A stretch of DNA of 64,000 nucleotides, taken from contig NC_043000.1 of NCBI RefSeq assembly GCF_006345805.1, positions 64,480,001-64,544,000 on the forward strand. Reading direction: 5' to 3'. Source of the stretch: Octopus sinensis. Its lineage: Eukaryota. Both the position numbers and the translations under genes were made by a program. The notes below the pieces were generated by a model. That model did not search any database and was not told where the DNA came from. It was given only the letters and a program-made list of their open reading frames with translations. This document shows, piece by piece, positions 36,561 through 50,100 of the stretch. Position 1 is the stretch's first letter. Every line of letters begins with the position of its first letter.

Positions 36561-36798
36561 TGTTATATAATCATCACAACAAACATGAACAATCAACGTC
36601 GCCCATTGTCTCCCTTGATAAAAGGACTTTCACTTTGTTTCCCGCCAAAACAATTAACTTGTACAACAACGGCAGTCGAATAAAGTATCTTGTATCGTTA
36701 ACACGTTGTTTCAGTCTCTCTCATTTTCTTAATCTTTCATACTAAGTACTCACTACTTCCTTTAATACTCAATACTATATATATATATAACAACAACA
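36561..36798 (+). repeat. 3' LTR (238 bp)
   Basis: Direct repeat of 33082-33320. Confidence 0.95.
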
Positions 36799-38714
36799 AA
36801 TCCCACTCACTAAGCAACAGCAGCCATAATCCGAAAAGAAGAACAAGTCAACATCATCGGTAACTACTGAATCGCAGGTTTTATGTCGGAGTTATTCCAG
36901 TCATCTGAGTTACCTTCTTCTAGAAGGATGCCCCTTCACTCCCAATGGTTTAACCGCGCGATCGGGTATTCAGTCCGATTATTTCTATGTTCCCGCGCTT
37001 GATACAGTCTTAAGCGTTAAAAAAAATACACATTTATTGGATGGCCGTTGACTCTCAAGAGTTCCTCCGCCCTTTGACGGGTTTTGTTTTTCATCCCGCA
37101 GGGTGTCCAATTAACACGCTCCTCACCAAGCAAGCTTGGTGGGGTTGCCGGTTTAGACGCCGACAACCCGACCATGTAACAGGTTGTACTGGGTTACATG
37201 TTGCCAGTAGCACTCGAAAGTGACCTGACATATACAAATATATATATACATACATACATACATACATACATACATACATACATACAAGTGTATTGCACAT
37301 TAATTCGTTACTTGAATCCTGATTTCGCCTTATTAAACAACCAAATACAAATAAATAAGTAAAAATACTGACCGAATTCCATTCTTATATCCTGACAGAA
37401 TATTGTGATAGATCGAAATGTACATTTGTTTTCCTCCTTACAGTTCAGTCCAGTGAAGTTTATTTTGACATTGGTTATTATAAACAAAATGTGTAGCCTA
37501 AACACTCCACAGGTTTGCTAAAATAATTTATACAAGCATAGGCGAATATGAATATGGGTCACAAGTGGGGATTTATTTGGTGTTGCTTTGTTTCCTTGCA
37601 AACTACTTTCTTTCACTAAGGATTATTAGTCACTTTTGAGGTTTCTTTGATTTTGTCCAATTGCGTTTTGCTAGCTGTATTTCTTGCTTGTTTCAATGTA
37701 GTTTTGAAGAAATATCGTTATACGGGCCGAGCGCAGTATATTTAATACTAGCTTAAAAGCCGCACTCTGTGCGGACTTTTAAGCTAGCTCCTGCGGAGGG
37801 CTAATTAGGCCTGCGGCCCAAATCTAAACAGAGCTATATAGAATGATTGTAATACGTCTATAATGACTATATACCCCGGTGGTGTTTGATCAGAGGTTAA
37901 GGAAGGATGGGAATTAATTTTTGTAATGCAACCATTCTAGTGTTCCAGTCTCAAATTGAATTCTAATTGTTGGCTAATTTGTCCCAAAGTTCTTATCTCG
38001 ACGTAAAACTAACAAAGCGGATGTCATTTATCTCCCCTTCATCTCTGATGTCATGTGACAATCGCCAACTAAGATGGCGTAAATCGGCCAATTTTTACCT
38101 GCTAGAAATAGCAATCCAAATGCTTTTAAATTAGATCCCAATGTTGGATGTTCAAGAACAAAATGAAGGGCAGATTTTCAATCCCGGGGTCATCCAGATT
38201 CCCAAAAGGTACATGTCTATGTAGAGCAAATGTAGACTGAAATACTGGAGTCCCAGGCGGAAAGATAAAATTTCGCTTTCGTTAATATAGATATCTCTTT
38301 ATATGCTTTTGGTCAGATGGGATCTATCCATATCAGCTAATATTTTTTAAAAAGCTAATGTTACACTGATATTTTGACTGAATATTCTCTGAGTAGAACA
38401 CAAATTTCGTATACGAATTTATCTTTCTAAAAGAAACCTATGGTGGCGTTGCTGTTTCCAAAGTTTATTTTCGTTTCTCTATTAGTAATTTTACTCGCGT
38501 ATCTATCTTAAAATGAGCTGCTTGGCGGAGATCTGCGGAGGATGACATGACAAGCCTTGACTATTGGGATTGACTCAAAAATCTCAGGCTTTGCTCCCTT
38601 CACCGCTGCTGTGAAACTAGCTTTCTGTTGTCATTGATGTATTAAAACTGCTTCAGATGGTTGCTGTTTTTAAAGTTTTTTTTTTAAAGAATCATATGGC
38701 TGTGTTATTTTTTT

Positions 38715-38842
38715 TAACCCCGCCAAGGAGGTTATGTTATTGCCGGCGTTGGTTTGGGAAATTGGGCGATTTTCAGCATGCGTGTATATTGGTGGAAATG
38801 AGCTGCTTGGCAGAGGTCTGCGCTCTCCGAGTGCTTTTCTAG
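38715..38842 (+). mobile_element. Minimal Helentron/HINE-like non-autonomous element
   Basis: Sub-terminal inverted repeats ACCCCGCCAAG / CTTGGCAGAGGT, 3' hairpin GCGCTC-TCC-GAGTGC, end TTTTCTAG followed by TT. Confidence 0.5.
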
Positions 38843-39156
38843 TTTGATTATCGAATTCGCAGTGGTCTTATATTAACAAGTTTAAACAAATATTACATAG
38901 TTTGTACATTAGACTCTGCTTCTCAAATTGTTCGGTAGCTTTTAGACAAATTAATGACCTTGTTCAATGCTATTAGATTTGTCTCTTCTAGTGCCAATTA
39001 ACATATCAATTTCCCAATTGTTGGTACACACTAAGAAGTGCTTATGATAAAAAGTTAATTCATAAACTAGCATTAAATCTGTCTTGTACGTTCTTATTCT
39101 GTGATTCCAACATTGTTCTCATCACAACTCCTATATAAAGTTAGGAAAGTATTGCA

Positions 39157-39320
39157 TGGTGGCAAATTGGTCGAATCGTTAGAGCGTCGGATAGATTGCC
39201 TAACTGTGGTATTCGTTCTGGCCCACTCCGCTCTGAGTTCAAATACTGCCGAGACCAATTGTACCTTTCATCTTTTCAGGGTCGATAAAGAAAGTATGAG
39301 TCCTGTACTGGTGCAGATTC
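39157..39320 (+). mobile_element. SINE family A (degenerate)
   Basis: ggtggcaaattggtcgaatcgttagagcgtcgg...gagttcaaatactgccgag...tcagggtcgataaa. Confidence 0.65.
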
Positions 39321-40179
39321 TTCTCTTTCTGTCTATCTGTCTGTGCCTCTTTCTGGAATAAATCGGCTGAGATAGATCTGGTAAAGGATGGGTTCCAGCA
39401 GAGGTTGAAAAATACCAAGACACGCCATATTCACGATATATGATTCCACCAGGAGTTGAGAACTTAAGACCAAGCCAAACCAAATATTGAACTTTCTTTT
39501 TGTTAAGACTTCCTCTAGACATAATCACTATTGGAGAAGCTTGTTCCACGTCTTAACTTGATTGTTCTCCCATTTTCGTATCAGTGATGTAGCGTAGAAC
39601 ATGCGGGATATGCGGACTGTATGGGGTGGCTACTTTGCATAAGTGTGTCCGCTGTAGTTGTTGCGCTTAAGGAAGAGGTGAGGCGGTCAATTTGTCAACC
39701 GTACAGGACGGTCAAAACTTACGCTGTGTCAGTGCTTCTTATATAATCTTCAATCGTTGAAGTCCAGTTTCCTCTTGATTATTATTATCTTTTTTATATG
39801 GTCACTTCTCCTGTGACGAAGTTTCCCACTAATAACCTTTAACTTTTGTTTGGTAATTATTAACTAACATTTAAGAGTTTCTATAAACGGTTTAAAAAAA
39901 AAACTTTTATAACCTCTCTTTCTTTTTCACTTGGAGATCAGTGGATTTAATTACGTTTTCATTTTCATAAGTGTTCCAACATAACCAACAACCTACCGTA
40001 GATTAAAGATTTTTGTTCTTCTCAATTCTCGATGCTGAATATATTTTTCTTCTTAATTCTGAATGCTGGTAACTTTTTTTTTGAATGGATTTACTCCTGT
40101 TTATTTCTTTGATATCTCTATGATACCCCTTGACTGTTCCGTCAAGTATGAGTGTACGTACATACGTATCCGTGTATGT

Positions 40180-40321
40180 ACTACGTATGTATGTATGTAT
40201 GTATTTATGTATGTATGTATGTATGTATGTATGTATGTATGTATGTATGTATGTATGTATTATGTATGTATGTATACATATACATACATATGAATATATG
40301 CATGTATATCTACCTATCTAC

Positions 40322-40400
<79 letters not shown>

Positions 40401-40445
40401 CACGCGCGCGCGCGCGCACACGCACACACACACACACACAGACAC
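40180..40445. repeat. Compound (ATGT)n-(ATCT)n-(CG)n-(CA)n microsatellite
   Basis: Direct reading. Confidence 0.95.
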
Positions 40446-40715
40446 ACAAAACAGATTTTTTGTCAATAAAATATTTTTATTTTTGTGATAAGGCCATTTC
40501 AAGACATATTACTTTATTAATGCCTTCAGCCTCTCCTGGGTATTCACTCTCTACAGGTACATATTATGTATGGATATCAGAAATATTGCAGAAATAACGC
40601 CTTAGCGATAATCTCCTAATAGTATCTCATTGATACTTAAATATTAAGCAATATTACTGAAGCACTGAATACTACTGCGTATGGCATCAAGTACTTCAAG
40701 TTTTGTTCTTTGTAT

Positions 40716-40933
40716 CCCTTTAGCCTTTAAACCGGTCAAATTGGCTCTGATATTCCACCTGTTTTATATTCAAACCCAGATCCAGTTTCTCGCACATACC
40801 TTACAATATCATTCTACAAATAAACAATCACGCAATCGAAATCTCGAAGCTACTAGATAATGCATGATTAATTCAAAACAGTGTAAATGAATAAGCTTTA
40901 TGCCTTTGACAGAGTAACCTGAATGCTAAAGAA
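40716..40933. mobile_element. Probable piggyBac-type MITE (degenerate termini)
   Basis: CCCTTTAGCCTT ... AATGCTAAAGAA imperfect TIRs; TTAA TSDs not intact. Confidence 0.4.
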
Positions 40934-42171
40934 TTATAGGTGATATACATGCTGGTGGGTAAAATGATAATGAAAGGCAATTGTTTACCAATCAAAAATG
41001 GAGTCCTTTGAAAGTGCATAAAAGATTTTAATAAATTTCAAACAACTCACCGCATGTGGTTGAATTAGTCAAGTTAACTGACGCCCCCAATTATTGTTAG
41101 TCGTGTAAACAGGAAACACTTGTCCTCAATTTTAGCTTCCGCTTTTGTATAAAAATTCCATCCTACAGTTCTGACGTTTTTAACAACTCTTTTGTGTAGA
41201 CAGAACTTTTATCTAAATTTGGAATAGCTTATTTCTGGCGCTTTACTATACGACAAATCCTCTCTTCTAGCCTTGATAAAATTTTCTAACCATAAATACA
41301 TAATTTTTGTTTTATTGTGGTTCATTCATTTTTTAACTAAAGGCTAGCCACCATATCTTAAATAAGCCACTTATCAAAGAAAATGTTAACTTTCGCATCA
41401 ATTAAATTTTCTTAATCAATGACCTTTAAAAAAATCTTTTTAAAAATCTTATGTTACTAAATATAATTTAGTGAGATGTACTAGGTTTTGAAAAGAAAAT
41501 TTATCGCATAATATAACGTGTGTATATGCGAATGTTCTCTCCTATTTTTAATTCTTTGAAATCTTCCTGTAAGGAAGGAATTGGTTTTTAGTAAAATTCA
41601 AGCTTCATCGTTGGAATGTTGATATCGAAAACAAATTCACATTTTGAATTTCAGAAAAGCCTTGCATATTTTTAGTGTGTGTGTGTATTTATGCATGTAT
41701 GTATATATGTTCAGAGTACGATTTTAAACTGCATCCGGTAATGAGGTCCTGGTACAGGTGTTTCAGCGTTTTGAGGAGTGTGGAAACACTTATTAGCCAC
41801 TATTGTCCCCAGTCTACTCTGACCTGGAGTAGTAGCACCTGTTAGGTTCCCATGTATGGGTTAACTAGCATGTGAACCATTGAAAGTAAAGGATCCCTAG
41901 TTCTCGTTAGAATTTCCTTATAGGGGAAGGCAAACTCGCACAAAAAACTTAAATTGCAGTTGCTTTATGATCATCGCAATTTATTTTATTCTGCTGATTG
42001 CTCTGAAAAGTGGGTCTAGTACTGTGCAACAATTTATCCACTTAAAGCAAATTCACGCACAGGAACTTGTTGAACTCTGAGAACGTTTGCAAGGACCTTC
42101 TGTATCTAAGGAGTGGTCTCATTCAGTCATGAGTTGACTTCCAACATGTTTGTATGAGTCCTGTCGTGGAA

Positions 42172-42241
<70 letters not shown>

Positions 42242-43057
42242 TATCTCACTGGAGCGTTCCTGTAATTCAAGGTTCAGCTGTATTACACGGTATTACGCCG
42301 ATTCAATCTGAGAATTATGTTATGGGTCCATATGTCTGCGGATTACATGTTAATTTCACGAAAAGTAATTCAGTTGGTCGAACAACTGAATGCTTATTGT
42401 CGAAACAGACGGAGAATCCACTCACATTGTTATTATCTACTTTGACAGTGACAAACTTAGATCAAACTTTCACTGATGTTCCAGAGAAAGAGAAAGGAGT
42501 TGTTTGTAATGAAGGAGAAAGGGAGAGAAGAAGCATAGATAAAAGTGTCATCTTAATTATTACAAGGCTATCATTTATATACATCGCATAATTCTTCAAG
42601 CAGATCTATCATATAATCAAAGATTTCCCAGCCGTGAATATCCTATCGATTTAGAGGTATCTAGGATAACATTATCAAAGTGACCTTTTTAAAAAAAAAA
42701 ACAAGGTGTGATTCGGCTGTTGGTACTGGCAACTCGATCAACCTTGTAGATTGACTTGTATGATTATACTTAAAGGAGGGGGAGTTTGGTCATTATACAA
42801 ACGGATAATGAATTGTTTTGTTGAAAAACTTGAAGATGTTTGATGAGACCGTTGCCAAGAAAATAAACTACTGATTGTTAACTCATTCAGAGATGAAGAA
42901 GCAGCTGATTCAGAAGATCAGTCATTAACAAAATCACTAATAAACGAAACAAATTTAGTTATAATAATTTTCTGTATTCAGCCTAATATTTTCAGTTGGA
43001 TATCTTATTTACTGTTCTATTAAACTTTCCTTTTGGGTGATCTCCTATTATCTAGAT

Positions 43058-43308
43058 CAGTGGTTCTCAACCATTTTTTGCCCATGTGGACTCCTTTGGT
43101 TCCTCTTTTTCTCTAACTGGACCCTCATAGCCATTCAGTGTTTTTTTAAAAAATCCTATTGCATTTTTGTAATTAAATATTATTAGGAATTGTATTAAAT
43201 AAATTGCTAGAATATTTTGTGTATTGTAGAAGTATAACCAATAAATTTTAACAACAAAACCTTACGTAGACCCCCAAGGGTCATATGGACCCCAGTTGAA
43301 AACCACTG
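43058..43308. mobile_element. hAT/Charlie-type MITE (251 bp)
   Basis: TIRs CAGTGGTTCTCAAC / GTTGAAAACCACTG; 8-bp TSD ATCTAGAT / CTTTAGAT, fitting the NTCTAGAN preference. Confidence 0.8.
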
Positions 43309-44369
43309 CTTTAGATGGTCTGTTGTGGTTTAGCATGTTATCAAATGCATTTCAGATGCAATCGTCACATTAGACATGTGAATTCAGAATCACATTATTC
43401 AATGTGTCGTCCACTTTGAAGATCGTAGGATGTGATTTAAAGGGGCTTTATTTATTTACATTTTATTTTATGTCGAATTTTGTGAAGAAAAGCCTCGTTG
43501 ATTACATTTTTCTAACAGGCCTGGTTGCTGTTTCTAGCTGGTCGAACGACTACACAGAGACCGTTCCGTTGGCAAGTTCAGATAGTCTGTTTTATACGTG
43601 CTTTCTTCTCAAATAAAATTCAAATGTTAAATGTCTTTCCTTGCTTTGTATTCTCTTCAGTTTTCTTAATAGATGAATTCTTAATATAAGTTGTACTCTT
43701 AAAAGAGATCCTAATATTGTTTCGAGAGAGAGTTCTTAAGCCAGGATACGTGGACCCCTAGGGATACGCAAAGGAAATTACCAGAGTATGTGAAATTTAT
43801 AAATATATTGGAATCTTGAAGCTATCGCAGTCAACCAGCTGAACGCAACTCGTGTATTTTGTAAATCTGGCATTCATTTGGCAAGCATCATCACTATACC
43901 TTGTATAGTAACTTCATTGATTCATAGCTACCTCCCTTGTTGACCGCTTCCTTTTTGTTTTTGAAAATTGCTTTTGATCGTCTATTTACATATAATTTAA
44001 CTGAAAATGTAGTCGATTGAAACCTACTCATTTATTCAATCAACTAATTTCTAAAATATTTACATTTTCATCGTGGTTACTTATAGCTTCCCGTAGCTAA
44101 AAAGGAAAAAAAAAAAAACAAAGCAAAATCATACAATGAATCATTTATAAAATTTGGTTCCACTAGTGTATATGTATATATATTTCCGTAAAAGAATGCA
44201 TCCTTAGAACGACTATACATACCTTTCCACCACTTGGAAGGCAACACTTGAAGTCTATGACATATTTCCCTTTCCTATACCTAATCCATTTTACTAAATT
44301 GTACTCCTCTCACACTCTAAGTCTTTCTCCTATTCTTCTTATGCCCTCTTCTAAAAGAAAAATTTACTG

Positions 44370-46775
44370 CACCTATTAGTAACTGGAGGAACCTTGTCAT
44401 GCCGTATTAAACTGACAAAAGATAGGTTTCTTCCCGTTGTCAGTATTTATGCGCCAACAATGTTCCATCTGATGAAACTGCAGGACAGTTTTATGATGAT
44501 CTAGCACAATTATTGAGGAAAGTATCAATTTCTGACCAGCTGGTCAAACTGGAAGATTTCAACGCTAGAGTTGGAAAAGACTACGTTTCATGGTCTATTT
44601 TAGGTCAATATGAGATTGGAAAATGTAATAAAAAAAGAGTAGCTCTTTTGACGTTTTGCATTGAGCATAATCTGCAGAAAAATAAATATAAAACCACCTG
44701 GATGCACCAATAATCTAAGCACTGGCGTCTCATAGATAATATTTTGATCGGAAAACGTGATATGAAAGACGTTTCTAACGTTCAGGCCATGAGAGGAGCA
44801 GAGAGCGGGACTGACGATCGTCTAGTGTGTGGAAAAATAAATTTTTCGATAACGCCTAGAAATCGACAGTCTGGTCCTAAGGTACCAAAAAAAGTTAAAA
44901 TTTGCAAACTTTAAATTATCAAGCAACTTGCAAAGATTCCACGATGCTATAGAAAGTATCAATCTTGGCCCAAACAATCTATGGGAAGATTTCAAAACAA
45001 AAGTATTTCAGGCTGCAAGTTAGTCAGTGGGATTTAAATCACGTAAGTCCAGTAACTGGTTCTCAGATAGATCAACAGAAATTTATGATCTTCTTTTAGA
45101 AAAACAAAACTTAGGCAATACACTTCTTTCTCAGTCCTTGAACCCCAACTCAAACGAACCTTACAGAAAGCTGAAAGGGAAAGTGCAGACTGCTCTAAGG
45201 AAAATTAAACAGGAATGGTGGAATGATAGAGCAAAAGAGGCACAAGAATCAGCTGATAGAAGTAATGCCAACGGTTTGTAGTCTTATATTAAGGAGGTAT
45301 ATGTCCCCAAATCTTCTTCAATGGCTCCAGTGAGAACAGCAAATGGACTTTTTCTTCTGACTGACACCGCTTCTATTCATAAGCGTTGGGTAAAACATTT
45401 TTCTACACTTTTGAATAGACCATCATACGCTGACATGTAGATCATAGAAAAAATCGAACACTTTCCAGTTATAGAAGAGATGGCATTTGAACCAACTCTA
45501 AAGGACATTATTTAGCTGTGAATAAGCTGAATAGCAATAAATCTCCAGGGTCTGATGGAATCTGTGCATATGTCTTGAAATGGGGAGGTGGGTGTGTGAC
45601 AAAATGTTTGAACTTTTAAAACTATTAATTTGTCACTGTTGAAGAATTGAGAAAGTGCCTCAAGACTTGATTAATGCCATTTTTGTCTCCTTGTATAAAT
45701 CGGGGCCAAAGGATCTGTAGTAATTTTCGTGGAATTTCGTTTTTGTTTGCAGTAGAACGATTAAATATCTTCATAGTTCCAAATATAGTATCTGAGTCTC
45801 AGTGTGGTTTTCGTTCCTTCAGGGGCACAGCTGATTGTATATTTACTATCAGACAATTACAAGAACAGAATCTTGCCCTATACCATTGCTTTGTTTATTA
45901 GAGCAAAGCATTCAATACTGTTAATCGAAATGGTCTGTAGCTAATTCTAAGGAAAATAGGTTGCCCAGAAAAATTTGTAAAGATGATCAGGGCTTTGCAT
46001 CAAAATATAAAAGCTAGAGTTAATTTTGGTGGTAGGCTCTCTGAATCTTTTGCCGTGGAAAATGGAGTAAAGCAAGGAGACTTTGATGCACACATCCTCT
46101 TTGCAATATACTTTGTGTTATCACACGCTTTTCAAAATTATGAGGAAGGTATTTACATAAAATATCGAACAACAGGGAATGTTTTTAATCTGACCAGACT
46201 GAAATTCAAAACGAAATATTTTACTTCACTCATTAGGGAACTTCTGTACGCTGACGATTGCGATCTTGTCAGTCATTCTGAAACACCTCTGCAATCTCTT
46301 GTATCTGCAGTTGACTTAGCTTGTGATGATTTGGGCTTGACCATCAACTTGAAAAAAAAAAGTTGTAATGCATCAACCTGCGTGTGGTGTTTGTAACCCA
46401 CCAAAAATTTTTGGTAAGAGTAAGTTACTTGAAGTTGTCGTTTAGTTAATCTACCTTGGAAGCTCTGTACAAAATGATGGAAATCTTGATACAGAAATAC
46501 ATCTGCGAATTCAAAGGGCAGCAAAAGTATTTGGTAACTTGGAGTCGCGCGTTTGGCGCCAGCGACATATAAATATCAATACAAAATTGGCTCTTTGCAA
46601 ATCATTTGTCTTACGATCCCTGTTGTATTCTTGTGAAAATGTACATACGTGTTATGAAAGACATTTTAAATTGTTAGAACAACTCCACCAAAAATGCCTT
46701 CATCGCATTTTAAACATTAAATGGAACTCTTTTACTCCAATCACAGATGTTATAAATTTCGTCGGCAAAAGGTGA
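44370..46775 (+). mobile_element. Decayed RTE (BovB-like) LINE, EN + RT
   Basis: SIYAPT, DFNARVGKD, KTTWMH, HWRLIDNI, ESQCGFR...CIFTIRQLQE, GVKQGD, RELLYADD, LYSCE, HQKCLHRIL; numerous stops and frameshifts. Confidence 0.88.
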
Positions 46776-47568
46776 GTCGTCAGAAAGCATTATACTGCTG
46801 CAAGCAGAGAAAATAAATGACGTCAGTTGTTAGCTTAGAAGCGTAATGTCCCGTTGTAATCGGTTAGATTCTTCTTCCTCGATATTAGTGAATTGTGCAA
46901 TCAATTTATTTAAAATCCCTTTCCAATTAATCACTGATCAGTTTCAGACAATCTGGAAGATGAATTTGTCGAATTCTACACACAAATGAAATGAAATTCT
47001 AGTATTTTATAGTAACTCTTAGCTGCGTATTAAAACGTCTGTAAGTAGATATGAGCCTCACTTGCTTTTCGTATCTAATTATAGTTGAAACAAGAGTTTT
47101 AAGTATTGCGTTTAACCTAAAGCAAATTCCATGCAAGACTGTCAGCTGAGAATGATATTCAGGAGTGTCATTCTGAAACTGTGGATCTACAATTTAAGAA
47201 TATAGATTGAATTTAATGAAATTACGATCAATACATGTTCGTTGTTTGGTCAATGGTATCCTTCTTTCGCAAACCTGATCAAAGCCATCGAAGTCTTATT
47301 TCCTTCTAACATCAACATGTCCCAATAAAATACAGTACGAGTCAATCGACTGTTTACTGCTGGAACAAATTACTTGGTGTAATTTGTATGTACTCAACCT
47401 ACACATTCACAAACACATAATGAAAGCATGTATGAACATAAAGAATTAATAGATGTATTTATGGATGTTCTCTCTCTCTCTCTCCCCTCTCACTTTTCTC
47501 CGTTCTATTTGTATGCACCATAGCCAAGTAAGCAAGTAAGCAACAATGTAAGCTTGCTTGCTTGCTCT

Positions 47569-47611
<43 letters not shown>

Positions 47612-47709
47612 TACACACACACACACATACACACACATATGTATGCATTCTTTTATTCATATATATATATATATACATATGCAATGTATACATACAAACA
47701 CACATACAC

Positions 47710-47759
<50 letters not shown>

Positions 47760-47761
<2 letters not shown>

Positions 47762-48130
47762 TTTTATTCTTTTATTTGCTCCAGTCATTTGATTGTGGCC
47801 ATGCTGGAGCACCGCCTTTAGTCGAACAAACCAGCCCCAGGGCTTATTCTTTGTAAACCTAGTACTTATTCTATCGGTCTCTTTTTGCCGAACTGCTAAG
47901 TTACGGGGTCTTAAACACACCAGCATCGGTTGTCAAGCGATGGTGGGGGAAACACAGACACACAAACACACACAAACGACGGGCTTCTATCAGTTTCCAT
48001 CTACCAAATCCACTCACAAGGCTTTGGTCGGCTCGAGGCTATAGTAGAAGACACTTGCTCAAGGTGCCACGTAGGGGTTTGAACATGTTGATGGTAAGCA
48101 AGCTACTTACCACACAGCCACTCCTGCGCC
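47760..48130 (-). mobile_element. SINE family B, near full length
   Basis: Reverse complement colinear with 16616-17022. Confidence 0.82.
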
Positions 48131-48227
48131 TATACATACATACATACATACATGTGTGTATATGTATATATATATATGTATATATATATATGTATATATA
48201 TATATGTGTATATATATATATGTATAT

Positions 48228-48308
<81 letters not shown>

Positions 48309-48949
48309 ATATGCACACGCATGAGTACGTTTCGTATATCTCTCTGTGCACGCGTACATGAATGTATATATGGAGGTCTGTATATTTATGTGTGTGGGCA
48401 CTTGCGTGTTTTAACAAGACTACATAAGAGGCTCTATTATATATACATATAAAGGCATCTTTGACTGAAACAAACATTTGTTACTGTGGTAAGAACAACC
48501 TATTTCCAACTAACGTCACCCATTGCGAAATTATAATTCTGACATTTGAAGTGACTACATGCGTTTAACGAAAGAGGTTAATTTTAAACTATATTTCTAG
48601 AAAAAAAATAAAATCAAGTAGGGTAGTGATATGTTTTGACTAGATGTTGGCAATTTTCACTGTAACGTGTTTGTACGCGTTAATGTGAATTTTGGACTGA
48701 TTGGCAGCAACAAGTCGTTTTTAACGTGATGTCTTTCTTAAAAAAACTCATAGCCACAAAGCACTGATAGAACTCAACAATTAATTGTTAGATTTTTAAA
48801 TACGGCTATTGCCATGTTTGTAATGCCTAACAATTCACTTAATAAAAGCTATCTTATTTTACTACGATGAGAACATGCATCATTTCTATTGTCACGTTCT
48901 TAAGAGAACAACATTGACAGCTTTTGCTCAACAAATAATGGAAAGTGAT

Positions 48950-50100
48950 GCTCTTAACATTCTAGTCTTGTTCCCACCCTCCTCGCTTTACACTTGATTC
49001 ACGGCTGATTCTGGTTGAAAGGAAGCAGCTGTTGAAAATACCAATAAAGACGACAGCTTCTGCTCAATTTCCAAGATTAGCGTCAGCACATCCCTTCTTT
49101 CAGAACATGCGGATACAAAACAGCCAAAACATGCAAATACAACACTGACTGTAGGCAGCTCCTGATCACGGGACCTAACACTTTTATAGAAAGAGGAATA
49201 CTAAGCACTTCAACTTGGTTAAATATTTCTCAGAACAAAGTACTGGAATCAAGTATAGGACTAAATTTACGAAGGGGCTTAACACAATTACTCGACAGAT
49301 AGGTATTCGACTCTAATTCTCAGTTAGATTTGACAAACTGGTTGTCCTTTTTTGTACTCAGTTTTGGGCTGCCTTTCAATCCACCTTCAACTAAACCTCA
49401 GTCAATTACAGCTCTGACCATGCGATAACGGTCCCCCTTTCTTTCTTTAAAGATATCAATGTTCAAATCTAATTTCTGCAGGTCCAATATTGCTACACAG
49501 GACAAGGGCAAACTTCGTTATTACCATCTAAGTCAATGGATCTTTCCATTACGTCTCCATTTCTTTTTTCGGTAATGTTACTAGGGCCCAATCTCAAACA
49601 AGTGGTCCTCTACATAATGCATGGTGGCTTTGTTACCTCATTTCTTCATCGCTATCCAGATTCAACCCTTACCCCTTATTTCGTCTTACCCATCAATTAT
49701 AATGAAATTACAGTTCTATAGAAGTTAGATTCCCAGCCGCTGCTTAGTTCAATATTTAAAGCCGAAGAATTAGCAACCTCTAATCCGTCTAGGAAAACTG
49801 AACCACTCTCTTTTGCTAAAATCGGTTCTCACTTCAACATAAAGGCTCTTGTACACACTCTTGTCATCCCCAAAACAGATTAAAATGCTTTGCTCAATTG
49901 GAAACGGAAAGTGAGCTCTTTACAACACTTTAACCTTGTGCTTATCCTCAACTTACTCCGGAGCTGCAGGTTGTTAATCAAGTAAAAGACTTTTGGTCAT
50001 CCATTAGGCGGAGAACAAAGGTCAGATCCAGACGAAGTGGTTTCGATAATGAATATCCTACGTACATGAAGAAATCTGAGGTCGCTAGAACGTGTCTTTT
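48950..50100 (-). mobile_element. Possible very decayed DIRS-like tyrosine-recombinase retroelement
   Basis: Only weak fragments on the minus strand (GVRVES, LGPS, CPCPV, LRKFS) in plausible order. Confidence 0.22.

Larger units (their letters stand above)
33082..36798 (+). mobile_element. Ty3/Gypsy (Mag-like) LTR retrotransposon, structurally complete, non-autonomous
   Basis: TG...CA LTRs, 5-bp TSD AATCC (33077-33081, 36799-36803), PBS, PPT, and domain order gag-PR-RT-(RH)-IN. Confidence 0.95.
32860..37232 (-). mobile_element. Short, probably RTE-derived retroposon (~650 bp in two parts, 36799-37232 and 32860-33081) split by the LTR insertion
   Basis: The two halves rejoin at the AATCC TSD; (CATA)n on both outer flanks; the minus-strand end gaccatactcgataacgagggggcagccatc(atgt)n resembles RTE termini (recalled, not searched). 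Confidence 0.45.

Noticed and set aside
42154-42960. ORF following the (CT)n tract and a nearby Ser-rich minus frame as possible exons
   Set aside because: No recognisable homology and no consistent splice-site pair
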